A DNA stretch of 36,386 bases, taken from the IMG/VR virus record IMGVR_UViG_3300020042_006311, positions 1 through 36,386 of that record; one strand, given 5' to 3'. The notes beneath the pieces were generated by a model, which was not told where the DNA came from, did no database searches, and was given only the letters and a program-made list of their open reading frames with translations. This document shows positions 1 through 7,053 of the stretch, piece by piece (position 1 is the first letter of the stretch; each line of letters starts with the position of its first letter). This DNA comes from a virus. Lineage: Duplodnaviria > Caudoviricetes. Position numbers and translations under genes: made by a program.

Positions 1-347
1 TAGCCATGGCCATGCCCTGCGATGCGTCAGGCTAACCCAAGGGCTAACCAAGACGCTAACCGTCAGGCTAACCGTCAGGCTAACCCATCCACCCTCCCCT
101 CCCTCCCCTCACGCACGCGACTCCCGGGACACTCGACATGCACTTGCTTTGCGTAGCCTAGCCTAAGACTATCAACCTAGCGCAGCATACTTAGCCTTGC
201 CTAAGACTCTTGGCCTGCACTAAGAATGTTAGCCCCACCTAACTAACTTAGCCTAGCCTAGGGGGGGGTGGATGGGTTAGCCTGACGGTTAGCGTCCTGG
301 TTAGCCCTTGGGTTAGCCTGACGCATCGAAGGGCATGGCCATGGCTA
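1..347. repeat. Long imperfect inverted repeat (arms ~1-94 and ~266-347) rich in GCTAAC/TAGCC motifs; candidate terminus, packaging or origin region
   Basis: The reverse complement of 266-347 matches 1-94 except for two substitutions and one extra 12-nt unit (CGTCAGGCTAAC) in the left arm. The spacer holds several TAGCC(T) repeats. Confidence 0.9.
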
Positions 348-469
348 GCGCATGGTGCGCGCATTTAGTGGCCGGAGATTGGCCGCAAACGGGCACGGAT
401 TGCGTGAGCATTTGCGCAGCACGCAAATTATTTCTCATGGGTGAAAATGCGATTTCCCAAAAAAGATGC

Positions 470-497
470 TTGCAATCAATAGAGCATCATCTATTGA
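470..497 (+). promoter_or_regulatory. Putative early promoter/operator: TTGCAA -35-like hexamer followed by the palindrome TCAATAGA-N6-TCTATTGA
   Basis: Perfect 8-bp inverted repeat at 476-483/490-497, about 40 nt upstream of the first early ATG. Confidence 0.4.
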
Positions 498-535
498 CAG
501 GCAATCGAGCGAATACCTCGCCGAGAAAAACACTC

Positions 536-1249
536 ATGAAATCCAACATAAAGCCGACAGGCTATTTGCTGCACGAATCAACCATTGACGGAAAAGCCTA
601 CATTGCCGTTGCGACACTAACGAGCGAAAACCGGAAAACTGGTGATATGGTTCAGATCTGGTTTTTGCTTCGAGATGTTTCACCAGTTGACGCTGTACGA
701 ACCGGTTTAGACGCTGCGACGGTTTGCAAAGATTGTCCATTTGCATCTGGAAATGGATGCTATGTAAATGTTGGACAGGCGCCCTTGTCGGTTTGGCGTG
801 GATTCCACCGCGGCATTTACCCGGTTTTGAATCCTGTGGACTACTCCGCGGTTTTCGCCGGCCGGAAAATCCGGTTTGGAGCATACGGAAACCCGTCGCT
901 TTTGCCTGTTTCGATCGTGAAGGCCATTGCAAGGGTTTCGGCGGGGTGGACCGGGTATTTCCATGACTGGAAAACGAATCCATTTGCAGCCGAGTATGCC
1001 AAATTCTTTATGGCATCAACGGAGACTGAATCATCCTTTCGTATGGCGCAAGGCTTAGGGTTTCGGACCTTTCATGCTTCGCCGGTCAAACCAGTGGAAA
1101 GCTTGGAATGTCTTTCGGAAACTAAGGGAATTTCCTGTGCTTCATGCAAGCTTTGCGCCGGACTAAGCAAAGCGCGTCAACCTTCCATCTGGATTAACCC
1201 GCATGGATCGAAAACGTCGAAGGCCAACGCTGTGGCGCTTTCAAACTGA
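536..1249 (+). CDS. Cys-rich phage protein, GP88/DUF7227-like (putative Fe-S or metal-binding enzyme)
   Basis: NRKTGDMVQ, CKDCP-x6-CYV, RFGAYGNP and C-terminal C-x8-CxxCxxC motifs. The ATG at 536 follows an A/C-rich leader and is preferred over the start at 335. Confidence 0.65.
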   Translation: MKSNIKPTGYLLHESTIDGKAYIAVATLTSENRKTGDMVQIWFLLRDVSPVDAVRTGLDAATVCKDCPFASGNGCYVNVGQAPLSVWRGFHRGIYPVLNPVDYSAVFAGRKIRFGAYGNPSLLPVSIVKAIARVSAGWTGYFHDWKTNPFAAEYAKFFMASTETESSFRMAQGLGFRTFHASPVKPVESLECLSETKGISCASCKLCAGLSKARQPSIWINPHGSKTSKANAVALSN

Positions 1250-1265
1250 ACCAAACCAAAAACAC

Positions 1266-1517
1266 ATGAGCACACTGACGCAACTGACCGAAAAACAGGA
1301 AACGCTAGTTCAAGGCCTTGCGGACGATTTTCGTCCACTTGTGAAAAAAATCGAATCCTCCATCGCGACAACGCAAAACCATTATGGACGCTACGGTCAA
1401 ATCCTGGCACAATTTAGCCGGGGTGACCGCACAGTGGCGCAAGTGATTTTGATTGCGCTCGAGCGGGCCGGAGCAAACCCTCAGGGGCTGCGCGATGGAT
1501 TCCGAAACTTCGTTTAA
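1266..1517 (+). CDS. Hypothetical early protein (83 aa)
   Basis: ORF MSTLTQLTEKQ... follows the AAAAACAC leader and tiles after the previous gene. Confidence 0.7.
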   Translation: MSTLTQLTEKQETLVQGLADDFRPLVKKIESSIATTQNHYGRYGQILAQFSRGDRTVAQVILIALERAGANPQGLRDGFRNFV

Positions 1518-1528
1518 TCTAAAACCCT

Positions 1529-1657
1529 ATGAAAATCACGTTCACAGTTACGAATACAAATCCCCAAACCCTCTGGAATCGCCTTGCCCTAAAGCTAGGC
1601 CACCCTCCGACAAACGCAGAATGCAAAGCGGCAATATTTGCCGCCCTCGCCAAGTAA
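1529..1657 (+). CDS. Small hypothetical protein (42 aa, MKITFTVTNTNPQTLWNRLALKLGHPPTNAECKAAIFAALAK)
   Basis: Read by hand because it is below the ORF-track cutoff. It fills the gap exactly and has an A/C-rich leader. Confidence 0.6.
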   Translation: MKITFTVTNTNPQTLWNRLALKLGHPPTNAECKAAIFAALAK

Positions 1658-1660
1658 TCC

Positions 1661-1753
1661 AACCCAACCCAACCCCCAACCCCTTGCCCTGCCTCCGGTT
1701 CGCCGGGGCGGGGTTAAGGCGGTGCAAAACAACAACAACAACAAAAACACACG
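1661..1753 (+). repeat. Intergenic hairpin cassette, copy 1
   Basis: CAACCCCTTGCCCTGCC-TCCGG-TTCG-CCGGGGCGGGG stem-loop, then an (AAC)n/A-rich leader to the ATG. Confidence 0.8.
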
Positions 1754-1963
1754 ATGAAAAACCTAAAAACAATACTCGAGGAAGCGACCGAGGAGAGCGA
1801 CGAATTTGCCTTTTACGCTCGGTCCTGCCGCGATGGTGATATCTCGCTCCGCGTCTACTTTCGCGCCTGCGCCGAAGGCGATGGTCTGTCTTGGGACGAG
1901 GCTGCAGCCTGCCTGCGGGAGCGATACCAGAGCTCGGGTCTCTCGCACCTGTGCCCGGTCTGA
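1754..1963 (+). CDS. Hypothetical protein (69 aa)
   Basis: ORF lies between the two hairpin cassettes and has an A-rich leader. Confidence 0.6.
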   Translation: MKNLKTILEEATEESDEFAFYARSCRDGDISLRVYFRACAEGDGLSWDEAAACLRERYQSSGLSHLCPV

Positions 1964-1967
1964 AATT

Positions 1968-2047
1968 CACCCAACCCTCAACCCCTTGCCCTGCCCTTCA
2001 CGGGGCGGGGCTTCGGGGTGCCAGGAAACAAAAAACAAAAACACATA
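1968..2047 (+). repeat. Intergenic hairpin cassette, copy 2
   Basis: Shares the 17-mer CAACCCCTTGCCCTGCC and GGGGCGGGG with copy 1, has a different loop, and has a similar A-rich leader. Confidence 0.8.
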
Positions 2048-2980
2048 ATGAAAAACACCACCGCCAGTTCAGACTTGAAAAAACACATCACTGAGGTCGC
2101 CCGCCGAACCGAGGCAGACCGCGCCCGTTCGCGGGCGATTGAAACGCTAGATAGCGGCGATGCCCAGCAGGTGCACGCCTGCGCCGAGGCATATCTCGAC
2201 GCCAGGGTCCGCTGCGCCGCCGCCGCCGCGATCGTCTCCGCAACCCCTAAGGCGCGCCGCGAGAAGGCCAAGAACCTGCACGACTTCGCCCTGGGCCACG
2301 CCCGCGACATCGCGCGTCGACTTGGCGGGAGCTACAGCGGAGCGACCACGATCGCCGCCCAGTGGGGCGAGCAAGCCTGCGCCCGCACCACCACAGGCGA
2401 TGGGGATCAATACTCCCGCTCCTGCCGTTACCGCAAGAGGGACGCAAAGCACCTGATCACCCTCTCTGCTGACACGGCCCCGCATCTCATGCAGTCGGAG
2501 CGCATCCGCATCGCATCCGCCGCCGAGGGGTTGCCGCTAATCTCCCTCAACCCAGCAGGGGAGTGCACTTGGGTGCGGGCAAAGGGCAAGGCTCTCGCGA
2601 GCGAGAGCGGCTGGATCGCGTATGCTGCAGAATTTGGGGGCACCTGCTACCACTCGACCCGATCCCGCGCCCACTCTGAGGCGGGGTTGGTAAAAAAGCT
2701 CGCCATCAGACGCCGCGAGGCCGCCGCCGCCGCCGAGAGCAGAAAAACCACGCGCCGCCTGCAACTCATCGCCCGGCTGTGCCGCAATGCAGTCGCGACA
2801 GTAGACGATGCTCGCTCCCTTGGGTATTGCTCCCCTGGCATCGCGGCTTTTCAGGCGCGTCACGGAATCGGCGACCGCGCAACGCTCCCCGAACTCATGC
2901 AGACTGGCGATCCGGCAGCCCAGCGGCTGGCCCTGTGCCTTGCACGACAGGTCTCCCGCCAGCAGCCCGTCGCCGCCTAA
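2048..2980 (+). CDS. Ala/Arg-rich hypothetical early protein (310 aa)
   Basis: Long GC-rich ORF starting after cassette 2. The C-terminal TVDDARSLGYCSPGIAAFQARHGI resembles a small domain I recall from phage proteins. Confidence 0.75.
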   Translation: MKNTTASSDLKKHITEVARRTEADRARSRAIETLDSGDAQQVHACAEAYLDARVRCAAAAAIVSATPKARREKAKNLHDFALGHARDIARRLGGSYSGATTIAAQWGEQACARTTTGDGDQYSRSCRYRKRDAKHLITLSADTAPHLMQSERIRIASAAEGLPLISLNPAGECTWVRAKGKALASESGWIAYAAEFGGTCYHSTRSRAHSEAGLVKKLAIRRREAAAAAESRKTTRRLQLIARLCRNAVATVDDARSLGYCSPGIAAFQARHGIGDRATLPELMQTGDPAAQRLALCLARQVSRQQPVAA

Positions 2981-2996
2981 TCCCCAACCCCAGCCC

Positions 2997-3092
2997 ATGA
3001 ACTCCAAAGCCGTCGTTAAATTTGTCCTCGAAACCCTCGCCTGCATGGCCGTTGGCCTAGTCTTCGCCGTCCTGTTTTTTAACGCACTTTAA
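2997..3092 (+). CDS. Small membrane peptide (31 aa)
   Basis: MNSKAVVKFVLETLACMAVGLVFAVLFFNAL forms one hydrophobic helix. Confidence 0.5.
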   Translation: MNSKAVVKFVLETLACMAVGLVFAVLFFNAL

Positions 3093-3107
3093 AGCACACC
3101 CTGCAAC

Positions 3108-3332
3108 GTGTACCGCAAAATTGAAATTGAGCTCACACGCGATGATGATCTCTTTGCAGTGGTCGTTGCCTGCACCGTAACGCCAAATACAGACTCCAGG
3201 GACTCTCCATTCGGGCCGGGCCAGTGGGACATCTCAATCGACTCAGTGATTGACTTGGACGGCAAGGAAGTTGACTTGACCCCGTGGGAACAGCTGTTGA
3301 TCGAAGATCAGATTGGCCGCACCATCCCCTAA
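3108..3332 (+). CDS. Acidic hypothetical protein (74 aa)
   Basis: GTG-start ORF that tiles in the operon. Confidence 0.65.
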   Translation: MYRKIEIELTRDDDLFAVVVACTVTPNTDSRDSPFGPGQWDISIDSVIDLDGKEVDLTPWEQLLIEDQIGRTIP

Positions 3333-3338
3333 AATGAG

Positions 3339-3377
3339 TTGACAAGCGGCGGAAAATCTGTGCTATACTCCGCTTGT
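3339..3377 (+). promoter_or_regulatory. Sigma70-type promoter (TTGACA ... TGcTATACT) overlapped by an 8-bp inverted repeat
   Basis: TTGACA at 3339-3344 and extended -10 at 3361-3369 (19-nt spacer, longer than consensus). ACAAGCGG (3342-3349) and CCGCTTGT (3370-3377) are inverted. Confidence 0.7.
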
Positions 3378-3990
3378 TAGGAATGCGGCCTGCACAGCCG
3401 AATGATTTTGCTGGGTTTGGTTTTTTACCCCAGTAAGCCCCGGAAGCTGTGCAGGCTTGCCGGGGCCTTTTCTTGCCCCAATCCTAGCCGTTGGTTCCGG
3501 CAACGTATCAGCACACTAGCACCGGACGGCCTAAATGCTGTTAAAGTTAGCTGCTAGGCATCACGACAAGTCCTTGCCCCAACTTAGGGAGATTCGAGGG
3601 AGCAAGGCATGGAACTAGCCTCAAAGGCTCAGTCAGGGGAGGAAGTGATGCTGAAACGGGGATGGAACAACCTTTCCCGGAATGCAGTAGGCAAATAGGA
3701 GACATCCGCCCACCTGGCGCATGGAATCTCCCTCATGGCTAGTCGGGGAGACTTGACTACCGAACGCACTGCATCGCTGCAAAGTGTCCCCCTAAATGTA
3801 CACGACTATTCGGGGGACGAAAGAACGCATTGCCTTTCCCCAGCTTTCAATAGAAAGCATTTTGGTTGGTAACCTACCGATTGCAAAAGAGACATCACGA
3901 ATTAGCTTGTGCTCTCGAAAACGAGGTTTCAGTGTGGTGACGTAACGAAAACGCAACCTCGGATAATTTGAATCTTCTCCGAGGTATTGT
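3376..3990 (+). ncRNA. Candidate large structured non-coding RNA (family not recognised)
   Basis: No credible ORF over >600 nt in a gene-dense genome, a dedicated promoter, and at least ten nested helices found by eye. Confidence 0.6.
3437..3474 (+). terminator. Intrinsic terminator with a competing antiterminator pairing (attenuator)
   Basis: Stem GCCCCGG-AAGC/GCTT-GCCGGGGC followed by CTTTTCTT. Segment 3446-3456 is perfectly complementary to upstream 3388-3398. Confidence 0.7.
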
Positions 3991-4007
3991 AATACCAAAA
4001 ACAACCA

Positions 4008-4409
4008 ATGAAAAATATCCTGTTAGCTTTTGCGCTGACATGCACGGCGCAGGCCGCCCCACCGGAAATCTACTGGAAGGCTTTGCACCACGTAGAAAGT
4101 AGCGGTCGTCACGGGCGGATCCTCGGAGACTACGTTAATGGTCGGCCTCAAGCCCTGGGACCCCTGCAACTTCACAGAGCCTTTCACCGAGAAAGTCGCG
4201 TGCCGGGACCATTTGAGCGGGTGGCCGATTTGAGCTACGCCCGTAGGGTGGCGACTGCGTATTACAAACGATACGCTCCAAAAGCATGGGAGCGCGGGGA
4301 TGTTGTTACGTTGGCCCGCATCCACAATGGAGGCCCGAGGGGGCATCATAAGGCCGCCACCCTGGCGTATTCCCGTAGGATTTTATCTGCAATGGGGAGG
4401 AACCGATGA
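4008..4409 (+). CDS. Secreted lysozyme-like muramidase/transglycosylase (i-type/destabilase-like motifs)
   Basis: Signal peptide MKNILLAFALTCTAQA, catalytic VESSG, GPLQL and ARIHNGGP. Confidence 0.8.
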   Translation: MKNILLAFALTCTAQAAPPEIYWKALHHVESSGRHGRILGDYVNGRPQALGPLQLHRAFHRESRVPGPFERVADLSYARRVATAYYKRYAPKAWERGDVVTLARIHNGGPRGHHKAATLAYSRRILSAMGRNR

Positions 4410-4531
4410 ACACCCTCCGGCGCGCATTCGGCTGGATCGGTGGGCTTTTTATGATCGTGATCTTCGCGACCGCGATGCTCGTGATTTGGCCGTTTGTGCG
4501 CCAGGTGAAAGACGAAGCCGACGACAACTGA
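4406..4531 (+). CDS. Small single-TM membrane protein (41 aa)
   Basis: MNTLRRAFGWIGGLFMIVIFATAMLVIWPFVRQVKDEADDN, with an ATGA overlap on the lysozyme stop codon. Confidence 0.6.
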   Translation: MNTLRRAFGWIGGLFMIVIFATAMLVIWPFVRQVKDEADDN

Positions 4532-4550
4532 ACCTATCGGACGCTCCCGC

Positions 4551-4742
4551 TCAATTCGAGCATCGGCTAAAGTCCCGCACCGGATGCGACTCATCCCAAA
4601 TTTGTTCGCAGCCGATGCAGTACATGCCGCGACCGTGCGGGAACATTTCGCAACGCAGTTCCGTGCGGTTGCAGTTGTCGCAGGTTGCGAGCCCGACACT
4701 AAGAATGTCTTTTGACGTATCCACCAACGATGGCGAGTTCAT
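4551..4742 (-). CDS. Putative small zinc-finger protein
   Basis: CDNC...CIGC pairs. It fills a gap and reads divergently from the AT-rich tract at 4745-4805. Confidence 0.45.
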   Translation of the reverse strand: MNSPSLVDTSKDILSVGLATCDNCNRTELRCEMFPHGRGMYCIGCEQIWDESHPVRDFSRCSN

Positions 4743-4807
4743 GCACGGATAAAATCACGTTATTTTATTATCTTGCAAGCATATTTATTTCTGTGTTTTG
4801 TCCATCC

Positions 4808-4930
4808 ATGTCCAAAACAATTATCCAAGTCGCCCGCATGGGCGGAATCGCTCGGGCGGAGAAGCTGACGCCTAAGCAGCGCACCCGAATCGCACGCAAA
4901 GCGGCAAGAGTAAGGTGGGCCGCAAAATGA
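4808..4930 (+). CDS. Small basic protein of the GGxARAxxLTxxxRxxIARKAAxxRW family (probable nucleic-acid binder)
   Basis: Motif match to a recurring mobile-element family, downstream of an AT-rich promoter-like tract. Confidence 0.7.
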   Translation: MSKTIIQVARMGGIARAEKLTPKQRTRIARKAARVRWAAK

Positions 4931-5145
4931 CAACCTACACCTTCCCGGGCGTAGTCGTCTGCTTCCAGCGCCACAACCTTGCGAGACGAAACCCGTTTCG
5001 GCTGCACGCGCTTATCCGCACGCAGCTTGCCGCGTTAAACGGCACGGGTAGCGGCAACGCAGCCAAGCGCCGCCTAGAATTACTCAAGTCGCAGTTCGAG
5101 TGTCGCGCAGACGAAGCAGCAACAGAAGAAAAAAACGACCTATGA
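4927..5145 (+). CDS. Hypothetical protein
   Basis: ATGA-coupled to both neighbouring genes. Confidence 0.6.
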   Translation: MTTYTFPGVVVCFQRHNLARRNPFRLHALIRTQLAALNGTGSGNAAKRRLELLKSQFECRADEAATEEKNDL

Positions 5146-5453
5146 TCTACAACCTAGACCGCGAAGACAGCCCAATCGAGCGTATGCTCGACATGGTTGC
5201 TCGTCACGGACCGCGCCTGATGCGCGAAGGCGGTGGGCCTCTAATGGGCGAGTCCCTAAATTCTGGTCGCCGTATTCCGCCAGAGACTATCGCCATGTTC
5301 CACGAAATGAGCGCCGAAGGAATCAGCGGAGCGGCAATCTCCCGCGCAACCGGCTGGTCGCAGAACGCAGTAGCGAAGCAGCTCCGCAAACCTTTCCCTA
5401 AAAAATCCGACGCCGTGACGGACGCAAATCACGGCAAACAAGAACATGATTAA
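5142..5453 (+). CDS. HTH DNA-binding protein
   Basis: EGISGAAISRATGWSQNAVAKQL fits an HTH pattern; translationally coupled. Confidence 0.65.
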   Translation: MIYNLDREDSPIERMLDMVARHGPRLMREGGGPLMGESLNSGRRIPPETIAMFHEMSAEGISGAAISRATGWSQNAVAKQLRKPFPKKSDAVTDANHGKQEHD

Positions 5454-6054
5454 AACCGGCTGGCGTGCTCCGTTCCTCGCCGCGTGCTCCACGCTCCCGG
5501 AAACGGTCGATCTGCCGTATCGTTTCACGCCCGAAGGCGAGCGACTCGCGCTCTTTAAGCGAATCTGCCCGGTGGAATTCGCGAGCAAGATCGACCGCGA
5601 CAAGCTCCCGAATCCCGACGCCTTCGACGCTGTCGCGAAGTGGAACGGATCGTTTCCCGGTCCCTGCGCTATCGGCGGGGCCGAGACGGCAAAGACACGC
5701 GCCGCATGGTCGGCTCTTGGTCGGCTCTACGTCCGCGAGAACAAAGCCTTCGCTTGGTTCCCGGTGCGGCGTCTCGTGACCGAGCTGGAGAGGTACGAGA
5801 GATGCAACGAAGCCGATGAATTCTTTCGCAGCTACGAGCACCAAAAGATCCTGATGGTGGACGACGTTGATAAAATCAATTGGCAGTTCGAGAGTCAGGG
5901 CGCGCTTCTGTTCGCGTTCTACGATTGGGTCTATCGAACGAACAAACCTTGTATCACGACCACGAACAAAGATCGCAAGTGGTGGGCCGGGAAGATGGGA
6001 GATGCGTTCGCTCGACGACTCTTCGACGGCGCTCACTTCACCGTTCAGTTCTAA
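5446..6054 (+). CDS. DnaC/IstB-like AAA+ protein (helicase loader-like) with a degenerate Walker A
   Basis: GGAETAKT, Walker B ILMVDD, sensor-1 ITTTN and ARRL. Confidence 0.8.
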   Translation: MIKTGWRAPFLAACSTLPETVDLPYRFTPEGERLALFKRICPVEFASKIDRDKLPNPDAFDAVAKWNGSFPGPCAIGGAETAKTRAAWSALGRLYVRENKAFAWFPVRRLVTELERYERCNEADEFFRSYEHQKILMVDDVDKINWQFESQGALLFAFYDWVYRTNKPCITTTNKDRKWWAGKMGDAFARRLFDGAHFTVQF

Positions 6055-6116
6055 AAACAAGCAACGTGCGACAGCAACAAAACACGAAACCAAAACTGAT
6101 CTCGGCTCACGCTCTA

Positions 6117-6287
6117 TCAATCGCGGTTGAGGATGGTCGTGAACGTAGGGCTCTCTTTGATCACGACGTAAGGCCGCATCACACCATCCCAGCAAGCAAG
6201 CTCAACTTTCTTCACCGGCTTCTCCGATTTTGTTTGAATCGGCACGTTCCTCGAAAAAGGATTACCGAACAGATCAACTTCTGGCAT
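6117..6287 (-). CDS. Possible small protein with an N-terminal DLFGNP motif
   Basis: MPEVDLFGNPF... lies in an otherwise unexplained gap, antisense to the early arm. Confidence 0.35.
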   Translation of the reverse strand: MPEVDLFGNPFSRNVPIQTKSEKPVKKVELACWDGVMRPYVVIKESPTFTTILNRD

Positions 6288-6323
6288 AGCGAAAACATAA
6301 CACACCCCCAAAAAACAGTCAAT

Positions 6324-6557
6324 ATGAACACTAGACAGATGGCACTAATTCACCACGCCGCCGCGATCCCCGTAGATGGGGAGCAGTGGAGGCTTCGTAT
6401 GGAAATGTGGATGGAGGCATCGAGAATCGAACCTCTCGCTGAGATTATCAGGGGGCTAGACGACATGCGGATCGACTACGATTTGAGCCGCTGCGTCGTT
6501 TACACGTCGCCCCTGATCCCCGACCAAGACGACGATTACCGGGAGGCGCGCGCATGA
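6324..6557 (+). CDS. Hypothetical protein
   Basis: 3' part of ORF 5880-6557. The ATG follows an A/C-rich leader and the gene is coupled to the next one. Confidence 0.6.
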   Translation: MNTRQMALIHHAAAIPVDGEQWRLRMEMWMEASRIEPLAEIIRGLDDMRIDYDLSRCVVYTSPLIPDQDDDYREARA

Positions 6558-6784
6558 GCACCATAACCAAAGACGGAGGATCGGCGTTTCCGCACAACGA
6601 AATGACCAGTACCGGCGAGATATATCACGACCATCTTGGCATGTCCCTACGCGACTACTTCGCGGGGCAGGCTTTGGCTGGCATGATGGCGAACAAACAT
6701 GCTCTTAATTGGACGATATCCGAGGTAGCTGCTGATTGTTACTTTCATGCTGACGCGATGCTTGAATACCGGGCACGCGCATGA
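6554..6784 (+). CDS. Conserved phage protein (GGxAFP...GMSLRDYFA...ADAML family)
   Basis: Widely seen phage family motif. Confidence 0.85.
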   Translation: MSTITKDGGSAFPHNEMTSTGEIYHDHLGMSLRDYFAGQALAGMMANKHALNWTISEVAADCYFHADAMLEYRARA

Positions 6785-7053
6785 GCACCATAACCGACGA
6801 CGCTCTGACGGAATTAATTACGCCCGCCCCTGGCGAGCGCAAAGGGAAGAAGCCCTGCGGCAAACGCGGGCCGAAGCCCGAGAACGGTATCAAGCGGGTG
6901 CGCCTGCTCAAGTGCGGGCCATTCGTGAAGCAGGAAACTGAGGACGTACTAATGGCATGGAAGAACATCCATGGCATCACGCCGGGGCGAGCGATTGACC
7001 AAGCGATTGCCTATGCCTCCCGCGATCCCCGCTTTGAACTGCGCACGAAATGA
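6781..7053 (+). CDS. Basic hypothetical protein, possibly DNA-binding
   Basis: Coupled ORF with a K/R-rich KRGPKP segment. Confidence 0.65.
   Translation: MSTITDDALTELITPAPGERKGKKPCGKRGPKPENGIKRVRLLKCGPFVKQETEDVLMAWKNIHGITPGRAIDQAIAYASRDPRFELRTK

Noticed and set aside
1-347. CRISPR array
   Set aside because: Repeats are short, inverted and irregular, with no constant repeat-spacer period and no cas operon.
3480-3990. Group I/II intron, RNase P RNA or tmRNA
   Set aside because: No interrupted gene and no P7, domain V, GAGGAAAGUCC or tRNA-like end signatures were visible. A covariance search is still needed for certainty.
3792-4004. 70-aa minus-strand ORF in the non-coding region
   Set aside because: TTG start, no motif, opposite to the local promoter, and it covers only part of the structured region.
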